A stretch of DNA of 64,000 bases from Octopus sinensis (GCF_006345805.1 NC_043025.1:6448001-6512000); one strand, 5' to 3'; positions 12,812-26,311 are shown, counted from the first letter of the stretch. Made by a program: numbers and translations. The notes: generated from the sequence alone by a model not told the origin.

Positions 12812-12870
12812 TGCCGCTGAAGAGGGGAAAATTTCTTGTGAATTAACCCCGAAATTGGACCAATACAGTA
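12812..12870 (+). ncRNA. Type I hammerhead ribozyme, near-canonical
   Basis: TGCCG-CTGAAGA-GGGG-loop-CCCC-GAAA-TTGG-a-CCAA-TA-CAGTA: stem II 4 bp, quasi-palindromic stem III ATTGGACCAAT, AUA triplet, stem I 4 of 5 pairs. Confidence 0.7.
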
Positions 12871-13064
12871 ATAACAAATTTTTTAGAGATTTCTATCGGT
12901 TTGTTTCGAGACGCATAAATTTAATAGTTATCGACAATTATTTTGTTTCGGCGTATCTGGCATTAGAATTTTTCTTCTGCCCTTATCTTGTAAATTATGT
13001 ACAAATTTTACCTTTAAAGGCATTTTTTGATATGCTGGCCATTTATCCTATATCAATTATCATC

Positions 13065-13317
13065 ATCATCATCGTTTAACGTCCGCTTTCCATGCTAGCA
13101 TGGGTTGGACGGTTCAACTGGGGTCTGGGGAGCCCGAAGGCTGCACCAGGCCAGTCAGATCTGGCAGTGTTTCTACAGCTGGATGCCCTTCCTAACGTCA
13201 ACCACTCCGAGAGTGTAGTGGGTGATTTTATGTGCCACCGACACAGGTGCCAGACGAGGCTGGCAGACGGCCACGCTCAGATGGTGTTTTTTTATGTGCC
13301 ACCGACACAGGTGCCAG

Positions 13318-13320
<3 letters not shown>
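13065..13320 (-). mobile_element. SINE body B / (GAT)n tail
   Basis: CATCATCGTTTAACGTCCGCTTTCCATGCTAGC...GGATGCCCTTCCTAACG; further copies at 21063, 27505(+), 37740(+), 44875, 53255, 54035. Confidence 0.85.
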
Positions 13321-13356
<36 letters not shown>

Positions 13357-13370
13357 TATGTAGATAGGGT

Positions 13371-13407
<37 letters not shown>

Positions 13408-13988
13408 ATAATATATAGCTCTCCCCCTCACACCTACTTCCTCCCACCCACCTCTCCTCTCTTGCTCCGACTCCTACTTCTTCTCTTCACTCCTACCCAC
13501 CTTCTCCTTCCCCCTTCATCATCACCCCTCCCTCGTAAGCCCACCCCCACCTCTACACATTCCACCCCCAGCTTATTAGATCATCATCATCAGTGTTTTC
13601 AATCTGGGTTTTGTCCTCGTTAAAGGGGGTGGCTGGATCTACCTCAATGCCATAGCAACTGAGGTCAGCAGGTGCAGCACACCCCAACCTTTGGGCTGGC
13701 TGGTGCCCATTCTCCTTTGCTATCATGAGACTTTTTTGGAGCTGGATTTTCTATGGGGAGCTTGCCCTTGCTTATCCCCCAACCTCAGTTTCTAGACATG
13801 AGTGGTCCCTAGAACAAGGCCTCTACCATGATTTTTAAGAAATGTGGTGGAAATTGACAGGGGAAAACTAACTCCAGAAGGTTGAACCCAGAACCATGTG
13901 GTTGGGAAGCAAGCTTCTTACCACACAGCCAAGCCTATCTCTACATACATACATACTCATGTATATATGCATGTGTTTATATATATAT

Positions 13989-14410
13989 AGGCGCAGGAGT
14001 GGCTGTGTGGTAAGTAGCTTGCTAACCAACTACATGGTTCCGGGTTCAGTCCCACTGCATGGCATCTTGGGCAAGTGTCTTCTGCTATAGCCCTGGGCCA
14101 ACCAATGCCTTGTGAATGGATTTAGTAGACGGAAACTGAAAGAAGCCTGTCGTATATATGTGTGTATATATATATACATATATATATATATGTGTGTGTG
14201 TGTATGTGTTTGTGTGTCTGTGTTTGTCCCCCTAGCATTGCTTGACAACCGATGCTGGTGTGTTTACGTCCCAGTTACTTAGCGGTTCAGCAAAAGAGAC
14301 CAATAGAATAAGTACTGGGCTTACAAAGAATAAGTCACGGGTCGATTTGCTCAACTAAAGGCGGTGCTCCAGCATGGCCGCAGTCAAATGACTGAAACTA
14401 GTAAAAGAGT
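13989..14410 (+). mobile_element. SINE group A, full length
   Basis: Same head, body and tail as 11622-12032. Confidence 0.9.
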
Positions 14411-14653
14411 ATATATTTGCGTGTGTGTATGAATGTTTCTATATAGAATTTTACGTATCTGTATAAGCATGAGCCAACATCTGCATCGTATGTAAACATG
14501 TTTGTCTGAAGGTTAAAACAACATGTGTGCACGTGTGTATATGCGTACGTGTACCTTGGCAACCAGGTGAATTCAACCCAGCACCTTGGGCGAGCGACTT
14601 CTACTATAACCCTAATGCAACTAATGCCTTGGTAGATAGAAACTATGTGGAAG

Positions 14654-14695
<42 letters not shown>

Positions 14696-14830
14696 ATATG
14701 TGTAGCTTAACGAGCATGTGATTTCAGGTTCATCCAACTGCCCAGCACCTAGGGCATATGGTCCCTACCATAACCCTGAAGCAACCAATGCCTTAGAAAT
14801 AAATTTAGTGGACAGAAACTGGGTAGAAGT

Positions 14831-14865
<35 letters not shown>

Positions 14866-15510
14866 ATTTATGTATGTCTTATGTATTTGTGTATGTGTGT
14901 GTGGTGTAGTGTGCATGTGTATACATGTGTGTATGTGCATATGTATGTCTTATGTATGTGTGTATGTGTGCGTGGTGTAGTGTGCATGTGTATTCATGTG
15001 TGTATGTGCGTGTGCATATGTGTGTGCATGCATGTATATCTTGTATATATATGTGTGTGTATGTGTGTCTTATGTGTATGATTGTATGTGTGTGCACGCC
15101 TGTCTTTGTGTTTTGTCCCCCTTCACCACCACTTGACAACCGGTGTTGGTTTGCTTACATCCCTGGGCCTTAGCAGTTTTTCAAAAGCGACCAATAGAAT
15201 AAATGCCAGGCTTTAAAAGAATGAGTTCTGGCGGTCCATTTGTTTGACTCAACCCTTCAAGGCAGTGCTCCAGCATGGCCGCAGTCAAAGCTGACTGAAA
15301 CACTTGCTTGGGTAGAAACCTTCCCCTGAAGAGTTCACCTGCTGACCACTTGCCCCATGCCAACCAAAGTCCTACGAGAGGATTTGGGAAATGGAAACTT
15401 AATGAAGCCCATTGTGTGTATGCGTTACTGTTTCCTTGCCTTAGCACCATGTGGTCCTTCACATTTTTTTGTCCTTATAGGAGCCCCTTTTTAAGTAGTT
15501 TTTATACATA

Positions 15511-15715
15511 GTGAAGGCGCATAGCTCAGTGGTTACAGCATTAGGCTAACAATAATGAGGCAGTGAGATCGATTCTGAGACCAGGCTGTGTGTTGTGTTC
15601 TTGAGCAAGACACTTTGTCACATTGTTCCAGTTCACAGTATCGGCCCCTTTGCCTTTCCCTTGGATAACATCAGTGGTGCTGAGAGGGGAGGCTGGTATG
15701 CATCGATGACTGTTT
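15511..15715 (+). mobile_element. SINE group C, 3'-truncated
   Basis: GTGAAGGCGCATAGCTCAGTGG head; TGTGTTCTTGAGCAAGACACTT core. Confidence 0.75.
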
Positions 15716-15939
15716 AAACCATGTTTGTTTTCTCCCAGTCAACAGCCTTATCATTACTTGTGCTTTAAACTCTTCGGTTGTATATTTGTGTGAATAAAAT
15801 CGTTTTTCTTTGGATAAGAAAAAAAAGTCTATCGTTATTTCTTCTTTTGCTGGTGTCTCAAATTTAGGTTAAATCAGTGTTTCTCAAAGGGGAGTCCTAT
15901 GGGATGGTCGGACAAGTTGTTTAGAGAAAATTTGGTTTA

Positions 15940-16065
15940 ACAACTCAGCAAACCTTAATCGACCCTGAAAGGATGAAAGGCAAAGTCGACCTCGGCGGAA
16001 TTTGAACTCAAAACATAACGGCAGACGAAATACCTATTTCTTTATTACCCACAAGGGGCTAAACA
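15940..16065 (-). mobile_element. SINE group M fragment with tail-head junction
   Basis: GAAAGGATGAAAGGCAAAGTCGACCTCGGCGGAATTTGAACTC...GAAATACCTATTTCTTT. Confidence 0.8.
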
Positions 16066-16373
16066 CGCAAATGTTTGACACTCAGCACCGTCCGTTGGAC
16101 GGGTGTGGGGTTATATATATATATATATAATAAGATTCTGCAGAATTAGGTACCTAAATTGAGGTACCTTCCTAGGTTGGTATAATCCGCACACCCAATG
16201 AATATCAAACCTCTGTGCAGCGGTGCTTGTACCTAATATTCTTGCCTTGTGTGTGGACAGTGCAACCGAGCTAAGTGAAGATATCTGGTCTTGGTAATTC
16301 AGACATGTACCTTTTATATAAAGGTATGTTCTAGTGTTTCTGAAGTGCAGACTCCAAGGTAGGTGAATAAAAT

Positions 16374-16775
16374 AGGAGTGGCTGTGTGGTAAGTAGCTTG
16401 CTTATCAACCACATGGCTCTAGGTTCAGTCCCACTGTGTGTCACCTTGGGCAAGTGTCTTCTACTATAGCCTCGGGCTGACCAAACCCTTGTGAGTGGAT
16501 TTGGTAAACGGAAACTGAAGGAAGCCCGTCGTATATGTATATGTGTATGTATGTATATATGTATGCATTTGTATGTTTGTGTGTCTGTTTGTTTCCTCAA
16601 CATAACTTGACAACCAATGCTGGTGTGCTTACGTATCCGTAACTTAGTGGCTCGGCAAAAGAGACCAATGGAATAAGTACTAGGCTTACAAAGTATAAGT
16701 CCTGGGGTCGTTTTGTTTGACTAAAGGTGGTGCTCTAGCATGGCCACAGTCTAATGACTGAAACAAGTAAAAGAA
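16374..16775 (+). mobile_element. SINE group A
   Basis: Head, body and tail match other group A copies. Confidence 0.85.
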
Positions 16776-17119
16776 TATATCTTATTCTTGTTAAGTTATT
16801 TGACTTCAACTATGCTAGAGCACCTGAGGTCAAACAAATCAACCCCAGGACCTATTCTAGTACTTACGTTATCAGTCTCTATAGCCAAACTGCTAAGTTA
16901 TGAAGACATAAACACACCAACATCGGTTTTCAAGCAACAGTGGAGGTGGGTGACAAACACAAACACACAAATACATAGATATATATGATGGGCTTCTTCC
17001 AGCATCCGTGTACCAAATCCACTCCAAAGGCTTCGGTCCGCCCAAGGTGCCACACAGTGTGACTGAACCCAGAACCATGTGGTTGGGAAGTAAACTTTTA
17101 ACACACAGCCACACCTGTG

Positions 17120-17166
<47 letters not shown>

Positions 17167-17436
17167 AAGAAAGAGTCCACATGTGGTCACTCTAACGCTA
17201 GATATAGATCCGCAAAGGGAATCCACCACTAAAGAATTGTTCTCAAGAATTAATTCAACACACCAAGAACGTAAGCGAGCAGGACAAATGAAAAATAACG
17301 AAAAAATAGATTAACTCTAAACTATTGTTTCATCGTTAATAGATTGTGTGATTTTACTTACATAATCATTTTCAAATCATCAGTAGAGTATGTCAAAAAT
17401 ATAATTTGCTGGACCGAATGGCAAAATCCACATACA

Positions 17437-17480
<44 letters not shown>

Positions 17481-17560
17481 TTGAAGGCTTCGAATGATTT
17501 GTCTGTGTTCCGTGTTTGTCCCTTCCTGTATTTCACGTTTCCTTATATATAAAATATTAT

Positions 17561-17630
<70 letters not shown>

Positions 17631-17671
17631 CACACACACACATATATATATATATACATATAATAAAAACG

Positions 17672-17917
17672 TAAATGCACCCTTTCAAAGCCTAGCCAGG
17701 CTCACGGGTCCGGTTTCTATAGCGTATGTGTTCCCCAGCTGGATGGGACACCAGTCCATCGCAGCATTACTCACTTTTGCCAGCTGAGTGGACTGGAGCA
17801 ACGTGAAATGAAGTTTTTTTGCTCAAGAACACAACGCGTCGCCCGGTCCAGGAATCGAAACCACAATCTTACGATCATGGTGCTGACACCCTAACCACTA
17901 AACCACGCACCTCCACT
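17672..17917 (-). mobile_element. SINE group C variant
   Basis: Near-identical to 18398-18645; tRNA head ends ...CCTAACCACTAAACCACGC. Confidence 0.8.
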
Positions 17918-17942
17918 TACATATATATATTTTTTATTTTTT

Positions 17943-18338
17943 TCTTTTACTTGTTTCAGTCATTTGACTGTGGCCATGCTGGAGCACCACCTTTAGTCGA
18001 GCAAATCGACCCCGGGACTTATTCTTAGTAAGCCCAGTACTTATTCTAAATGCCTCTTTTGCCGAACTGCTAAGTGACGGGGGACGTAAACACACCAGCA
18101 TCGGTTGTCAAGCAATGCTAGGGGAACAAACACAGACACACAAACACACACACAATATATATATATATATATATATACACATATTCGACAGGCTTCTTTC
18201 AGTTTCCGTCTACCAAATCCACTCACAAGGCATTGGTCGGTCCGGAGCTATAGCAGAAGACACTTGCCCAAGGTGCCACGCAGTGGGACTGAACCCGGAA
18301 CCATATGGTTGGTTAGCAAGCTACTTACCACACAGCCA

Positions 18339-18341
<3 letters not shown>
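17943..18341 (-). mobile_element. SINE group A
   Basis: Reverse complement of a full group A element. Confidence 0.9.
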
Positions 18342-18382
<41 letters not shown>

Positions 18383-18397
18383 CATATACATATAATA

Positions 18398-18645
18398 AAT
18401 AAATGCACCCTTTTAAAGCCTAGCCAGGCTCATGGACCCGGTTTCTATAGCGTATGTGTTCCCCAGCTGGATGGGACGCCAGTCTATCACAGCGTTACTC
18501 TTTTTTTTTGAGCTGAGTGGACTGGAGCAACGTGAAATGAAGTGCTTTTCTCAAGAACACAACGCGTCGCCCGCTCCAGGAATCGAAACCACAATCTTAC
18601 GATCATGGTGCTGACACCCTAACCACTAAGCCACGCTCCTCACTT
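18398..18645 (-). mobile_element. SINE group C variant
   Basis: Near-identical to 17672-17917. Confidence 0.8.
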
Positions 18646-19503
18646 ACATATATATATATATATAGCTTAGGTATAATGATACTAATAGGCTGGTGTTGGA
18701 ATTTGATATATGTATGCTTCAGAACAAAGTGTTGGGTGAGTGCAGAGCAGGAATAATAAATTAGATTAATGACAGCGAAACACAATTTACGTAATCAACT
18801 TGATTAACTAATGAGGTTAATTACATAATTCCTGTTCGCCCGTCATTTATTTTGTGTGTATATAAATATATATATATACACGCATACATACATACACACA
18901 TATACACACACATACACACACACACACATATACACACACACATATACACACACATATACACACACACATATACACACACATACACACGCACATACACACG
19001 CACATACACACGCACATATACACACACATATACACATACACACACACACATATACACACACCCACACACACACATACATAAATATACAGGCACACAAAAT
19101 ACACATACACACATATATACACATACACGCACATATATACATATATGTATGTGTGTGCATGTTAACCTTGTGAAGGGATGGTTGCATCCAAGGAAATACT
19201 GGTTCAATACCAACTATTTTGGAGGAATGAAATTCCCTGAAAACAATAGTTATCTATTAAGCATATAGTTTATATCCAGTTAGATGAAGAGGCAAACATG
19301 GAGAGAAGGAAATTAACAATTCTTTATTGCTTACAAATTGGTCATCTTCGCTTCTTACAACCGTTTCAAGTAATACTCAATAATTACAAATTTGTACATT
19401 AAATTTGCATTTATGTGACATAAGCATGATTTCATCAGAGGAAAAAAGATGTACCTTGGGACGTTATATGTGGACCTATCTATTCACTACAGCAGACTGT
19501 AAA

Positions 19504-19554
<51 letters not shown>

Positions 19555-19654
19555 TATATATATTATACATTATATACACATATATATATATATACATATA
19601 TATACACACATATATATATATACATATATATATACATATATATATATATACATA

Positions 19655-20161
19655 TATATATATAAAACTGAGAATGTGTCTGTCTGTCTGTGTGTTTCCC
19701 CAAAACTTGAGAACTACACAACCAATTTCATTCAAATTTTACACATGCCTTATTAGGGTCCGAGGAGTGTCATCGGCAAAAAGAATTTTGAACTTTTTGC
19801 CTAGGGCAAGCCCACAGCAATATCATATCTTCTCCACTATGATTCCCTAAAACTTGAGAACTACACAACCAATTCCATTCAAATTTTACACATGCCTTAC
19901 TTAGGGTCCGAGGTAGGCTGGATTGTAGCCACACTTCTATACAAGAGGGAGGACAAGAACAATTGATTGAAATTACAAGAGACGGGCTAACAATTCCAGT
20001 CTGTTATATATTTTGAGTATTGTTATCACTAGCGATATCAAGATATAACTTTGTATTTTGTATTTTATGTGTAGATGTATATATATAGATGTACATGTAA
20101 TATGTACACAATATACATGCACTAGCACTATGACCCGGCAACGATGGGTCTTTAATGCTAG
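19655..20161 (+). mobile_element. Non-autonomous Helitron, second subfamily
   Basis: 5' TATATAAAACTGAGAATGTGTCTGTCTG (start buried in TA tract), internal duplication, 3' ACTAGCAC..GACCC..GGGTC..TGCTAG|T hairpin. Confidence 0.65.
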
Positions 20162-20484
20162 TATATATATATATATGTATATATCTAGGGAGAGTTTACA
20201 AAAACAACAAAAGACGAAGACAGGTGGTGTACAAAACAAACAAATGTATTAGTATAATGCTCAGGAGTAGAAAAAGTCTTTTACGTTTCGAGCCTACGCT
20301 CTTCTACAGAAAGGGACACAGAAAAAACAAGGAGAAAAACAAGGAGAGAAAAAAAATGTGTGTAGTGGCTAACGATCTATCATGGCGTCTGTATATATAT
20401 AAATTGTTAAAGAGGCCAACAAACATTAAGGCAAGGCAAACATCTCAAGTTGTATACAATATTATTATTGAAAAAAAATTCAAA

Positions 20485-20523
20485 GTCTTACAGCTGTTTC
20501 TGGGATATTCTGTCATCAGAGAC
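20485..20523 (-). ncRNA. Type I hammerhead-like motif
   Basis: Minus strand GTCT-CTGATGA-cagaatatccca-GAAA-CAGCTG-TA-AGAC: perfect 4-bp stem I, palindromic stem III ACAGCTGT, GUA triplet, degenerate stem II. Confidence 0.6.
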
Positions 20524-20812
20524 AAATAGGGAAAATGAGAATGGCATATATTAATGAGATGGCGACATAGAGGAAGAGAGTCAAGGAATAAGGAGATGGA
20601 GAGAAAGAAGAAAAAAGAAGCATAAAAATTCATAGTTCAAATTTCTGAAGTTACAGTAACAAGAGCATGAGCCCTTAGGTGCAATCCTGCGTAGATCCAT
20701 GTGGGTTGAAATCTTGATATAGTAGACATCCATTGCAGCACCTACCTAGTGTACCTAATCGTTTAGATCACCCATGAACTCAACCTCCATATATTTATAT
20801 ATATATATATAT

Positions 20813-21044
20813 ATTTCTTTACTACCCACAAGGGGCTAAACACAGAGAGGACAAACAAGGACAGACAAACGGATTAAGTCGATTAAATCGACCCCAGTGC
20901 GTAACTGGTACTTAATTTATCGACCCCGAAAGGATGAAAGGCAAAGTCGACCTCGGCGGAATTTGAACTCAGAACGTAACTGCAGACGAAATACTGCTAA
21001 GCATTCCGTCCGGTGTGCTAACGATTCTGCCAGCTCGCCGCCTT
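20813..21044 (-). mobile_element. SINE group M, full length
   Basis: Head GGCGGCGAGCTGGCAGAATCGTTAGC, B box GAGTTCAAATTCC, central GCCTTTCATCCTTTCGGGGTCGATAAATTAAGTACC (from recall resembles the Meta/Sauria-SINE domain; unverified). Confidence 0.85.
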
Positions 21045-22019
21045 ATTTATATATTTATATATATCATCATCATCATCATTTAACGCCCGTTTTCCATGCT
21101 GGCATGGGTTGGACGGTGTACTGAGGTCTGGGGAGCCAGCAGCTGCATCAGGCTCCAATCTGGTCTGGCAATGTTTCTACAGCCGGATGCCTTTCCTAAT
21201 GCCAACCACTGTGAGAGTGTAGTGGGTGCTTTTTCTGTACACACACATATATATATCATCCAGACAGGTGATACAAAAAAGGGGACAACAAAACATCCAG
21301 ATAGACGATACAAAGAAAACAAGGACGGGTCATTCGGAGTTTTCTGTCCTCAGATGAGTTCCAGATTATCTTTGCAATTTTGGCTGGTTATACTCGAGAT
21401 TGATCCAATCTGGCCAGCCCCTAGTGAAAACTAAGCTAAGAGCATTAGATTCCTTGGAAGAAAGCAGTGAATGTATATGAAAACAATACAAATAACAGGA
21501 CATAACAACAGGTGTCTTTCGACTAAGGATGAATTAAATTAAGCTGGTGTGTGTGGAAGTAAAGCCTTAAGGCAGGGATACAAGATTTCACAGGCACCGG
21601 AAGGAATATAGATGTTGCACAGACAATGACCAAACCAAGAAAGAAAGGTCAGGCTTGACCGAAGAAAGAGAGGCAGAGGGAGAGAAGAAATAAGGAAGGG
21701 CAACAAAAAATGACAGGGACACAGTGAAGTGAAAAGAGGAGGGAAAGTGGGCATGAAGAGAAGGCAATGAAATACGGGAGAGGGGGAACAAAGAAAGAAG
21801 GAAAGAATAAAAGAAAGGAAGAATAGCCATATATATATATTTCTTTACTGCCTGCAAGGGGCCAAACATAGAGGGGACAAACAAGGACGGACAAAGGGAT
21901 TAAGTCGATTACATCGACCCCCATTGCGTAACTGGTACTTATTTAATCGACTCCGAAAGGATGAAAGGCAAAGTCGACCTCGGCGGAATTTGAACTCAGA
22001 ATATAGCGACACACATACA

Positions 22020-22235
22020 CACACATTTGGTCATTCAACTATTCATCAACACCTACATGCCTCCGGAAAAGTCAGCAAATTGGGTCAATGGGTCCCTCAC
22101 AAACTTTCCCAGTTTAATCACTCTTCTTTGGTGTCATGTCTCACGAAAGACCCTTTTTTGGACCGAATAGTGACTGGGGACAAGAAAGGGGTTCTCTATA
22201 AAAATGCCAAGCACCGAAGACAGTGGATGTTTTTC
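22020..22235 (+). pseudogene. Mariner transposase fragment
   Basis: FGHSTIHQHLHASGKVSKLGQWVPHKL...FLDRIVTGDKKGVLY contains the WVPHEL-like and first-catalytic-Asp (TGDEKW-like) motifs. Confidence 0.9.
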
Positions 22236-22241
22236 TAAGGC

Positions 22242-22545
22242 AATTCTTCATATGTTCCGACTTAAATTTCAAAATTCAGTCTGTGGTTACGTGAGGTTGA
22301 TGGGTGGTGCTTAGACTATTCCATCTTAAAATCTTGTGTTCTAATTCTTCATATGTTCCGACTTAAATTTCAAAATTCAGTCTGTGGTTACGTGAGGTTG
22401 ATGGGTGGTGCTTAGACTATTCCATCTTAAAATCTTGTGTTCTAATTCTTCATATGTTCCGACTTAAATTTCAAAATTCAGTCTGTGGTTACGTGAGGTT
22501 GATGGGTGGTGCTTAGACTATTCCATCTTAAAGTCTTGTGTTCTG
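22242..22545. repeat. 101-bp tandem repeat x3
   Basis: AATTCTTCATATGTTCCGAC at 22242, 22343 and 22444; copies essentially identical. Confidence 0.95.
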
Positions 22546-23114
22546 ATTTTAAGGCCATTTGTGATTCAGCCTTATATTTAGCTTTTTCACATTTGGCCTT
22601 CTGACCTGAGTGCATATATGTATGTATGTGTCTGTGTGTGTGGAGCCTGGTATTACTCTCCAGCTTCCCAGTTCCCATTGACCTATCCAACCCATGCCAG
22701 CATGGAAGGCAGATGCTAAATGATGATGATATATGCATCTGTGTGTGTCTGTGTATATATATATATATGTATGTGTATAGATATGAGTATATGTGCATGG
22801 ATTTATGTATGTGTATATAGATATGAGTATATATGCATGTATTTATATATGTATGTGTGTGTATATAGATATGAGTATATGTGCATGTATTTATATATGT
22901 ATGTGTATGTATATAGATATGAGTATATCTGCGTGTATTTATATATGTATGTGTATGTATATAGATATGAGTATATGTGCGAGTGTTTGTATGTGTGTAT
23001 ATGTTTGTACGTGTGTATACATCTATGCATGTGTATATATACATATGTTTGTGTGTATTGTATATATATATATATGTGTGTGTGTATACATATATGTATA
23101 CGTGTGTGTGTGTG

Positions 23115-23166
<52 letters not shown>

Positions 23167-24096
23167 GTTGATTTCAAGGAAGTGTTTATAGCAATCTGCA
23201 AGAAGAAAGAACTTAGAGAGTATAGGTTAGGACGTGTGTGTGTGTGTAGAAGATATTGGCTGTGTTCGTAGTTGGAGAGGGATCGGCTCCACCAATCCTA
23301 ACCTGCTCGAGACAAGCTAAATGTTAAATTGGTGCTCCTCTGACTCTATCAGGAGTTGAGCACCCTTCAGTGATGCGTTTTTGCATAGGTATATATATAT
23401 ATATGTACATGCAGGGCTATGTGTTTGTATGTATGTGTATAGAGAGAGAGAAATATGCTAATGAGTGTGTATATATATATATGTATGCGGTTATGTGTGT
23501 ATGTATGTGTATGTATATATATATATATATGTGATTATGTGGTATGTATATATATATATATATATGTATGTGATTATGTGGTATGTATGTGTATATATTA
23601 TATATATATATATACATATGTATGTGATTATGTGGTGTGTATGTATATATATATATATGTATGTGATTATGTGGTATGTATGTGTGTATATATATATGTG
23701 TGTGTGTCGCCATGTTGATTCGTTAGCTACTGCACACATTTTTTTTCTCTCCTTCTTTCTGTGTTTTTTTCTCTGTGTGTATCTTTCTGTTGAAGAGCGT
23801 AGGCTCGAAACGTTAAAGACTTGTTTTATTTATATTTCCTGAGGCGCCATACTAATACAATGTTCGTTTGTTTTCCACCACCTGCCTTCGTCTTTTGTCT
23901 ATTTTCATAAAGCTTCCCATTATATGTGTGTGTGTGTGTGTGTGATTGTGGTATATATGTATATATATATATTATATAATATATATATATATATATGATT
24001 GTATGTGTTATGTGGTATGTATGTATATATATATATATATGTATGTATGTGATTATGTATGTATATATATATGTATGTATGTGATTATGTGGTATG

Positions 24097-24127
<31 letters not shown>

Positions 24128-24617
24128 GTGATTATGTGTGTATGTATGGCTGAATATATACACCCGTTGTCTTGTGCACTTCAATTATCATACAGGTAAA
24201 ATAAAAAAGGTGAGGGGTGAATTGGAAGGCATAGTGAGGGGGTGAGTGTCTAAGACATGGAGTGACCTTTCTGGTTAACGGTATTATATTTCAGTACTAA
24301 CACCAAACTTTGGAGAGAGGGCATGTAGTTTATGGTTGGGGGGAGGGCAGGAATGGTGGTGGTGGTGGTGGTGGTGGTGGACATATAATGATAATATTGA
24401 ATGGGATGTCGTGGTGGGGGGTGGTTTGTAACGGAGGCAATTGAGGTGGTTATTGGTGCTGATGGGGGTTACTGCTGGTCGCAGTGGTTGGTTTGTGCGG
24501 TGAGGGCCATGGTAGGAATAATGGTAGTGCCCATGTTGTGAGGATGGTGATGGAGGTAGTTGAAAGAGCTGTGGTGGTAGTGGTACAGTTGCTGGTGGTG
24601 GTGGTGGTACAGTTGCT

Positions 24618-24830
24618 AAGGCGGTGAGCTGGCAGAATCGTTAGCACGTTAGTCGAAATGCTTATTGGTATTTCGTCTGCCGCTACGTTCTGAGTTCAAA
24701 TTCCGCTGAGGTCGACTTTGCCTTTCATCCTTTCGGGTCGATTAAATAAGTACCAGTTACGCACTGGGGTCAATGTAATCGACTTAATCCGTGTGTCTGT
24801 CCTTGTTTGTCTCCTCTATGTTTAGCCCCT
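24618..24830 (+). mobile_element. SINE group M
   Basis: Same head and central domain as 20813-21044. Confidence 0.85.
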
Positions 24831-25033
24831 TTTTTTTATTAACCAAAATGTATAAAAAAAGATAAATATAATACATATAACAAGAACAATGGAGAAAATG
24901 ACATCTTTAATTGATGAGTATTCCTTACTACATTGCCGACAATCATTTCGATTGTGCCAACATATTTATACAGAGAAAGGTGGAGAATAGCAGTGAAATT
25001 AATATATCCAAAAATATATCTTCAAACTCCACC

Positions 25034-26119
25034 CATCTAACACCCGTGGACATATTTACAAAGTAAGAAAACAGCACAGCTCCCATGACTTCAGGAAACA
25101 TTTTTTCACGCTGAGAGTTGCTGAAGCGTGGAACAAACTGCCGGCATCGGTTGTTCGTTGTCGGAGCACTACATCCTTCAAAACTTCCATGCTTCCTGAG
25201 ATTCGCCAACACTACACCTGATTTTCTCCCCTCCATACACACGCTGAAGCATGGAACAAACTGCCGGCATCGTTGTTAGTTGTCGGAGCCCTGCATCCTT
25301 CAAAACTTCCATGCTCTTGAAAGATTCGCCAACATACACCTGATTTTCTCCCCTCCATACACACGCTAACATGGAACAAACTGCCGGCATCGGTTGTTAG
25401 TTGTCGGAGCACTGCATCCTTCAAAACTTCCATGCTTCCTGAGATTCGCCAACACTACACCTGATTTTCTCCCCTCCTACACACGCTGAAGCATGGAACA
25501 AACTGCCGCAATCGGTTGTTAGTTGTCGGAGCACTGCATCCTTCAAAACTTCCATGCTTCTTGAAAGATTCGCAACACACAACCTGATTTTCTCCCCTCC
25601 ATACACACGCTGAAGCATGGAACAAACTGCCGGCATCGGTTGTTAGTTGTCGGAGCACTGCATCCTTCAAAACTTCCATGCTTCCTGAGATTCGCCAACA
25701 CTACACCTGATTTTCTCCCCTCCATACACACGCTGAAGCATGGAACAAACTGCCGGCATCGGTATTAGTTGTCGGAGCACTGCATCCTTCAAAACTTCCA
25801 TGCTTCCTGAGATTCGCCAACACCACACACTGATTTTCTCTCCTCCATACACACGCTGAAGCATGGAACAAACTGCCGGCATCGGTTGTTAGTTGTCGGA
25901 GCACTGCATCCCTCAAACCTCCCATGCTTCCTGAGATTCGCCAACCACTACACCTGATTTCTCCCCTCCATACACACACAAGCATGTATCTGACTCATAC
26001 ACTGTTGATCGCTTTCCGACATTTGTACATTACTGCATATGCTTTATACGCACTTTCTGACAAGTTGTGGTGCACTTGAGCACTGTATACAATAATTTCA
26101 TTATTATTATTATTATTAT
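25034..26119 (+). mobile_element. CR1-like LINE 3' end with ~123-bp segment amplified to 7 tandem copies
   Basis: KVRKQHSSHDFRKHFFTLRVAEAWNKLP (CR1-clade ORF2 C-terminal motif); GGAACAAACTGCC recurs at ~25130, 25253, 25373, 25495, 25619, 25742, 25865; ends in (ATT)n. Confidence 0.9.
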
Positions 26120-26311
26120 ATGGTAGCCCAATGGTGTCAAGGGAATCCAAAATTGGTTAAATTCAAAGTGAACTAAGAAAATATCTCCAATAGATGAAAA
26201 CATACAAAAAGAATACTGAGAAGAAATACAATATTCTAAGAAAAGTGAGATTAGTGTTTATTTTTTTGATGACGTCAGTAGATAACGAATGAAAAAAAAA
26301 AAAATAAAGGT

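Noticed and set aside
23331-23366. GGTGCTC…GAGCACC hairpin as a miRNA precursor
   Set aside because: Too short, and there is no other support.
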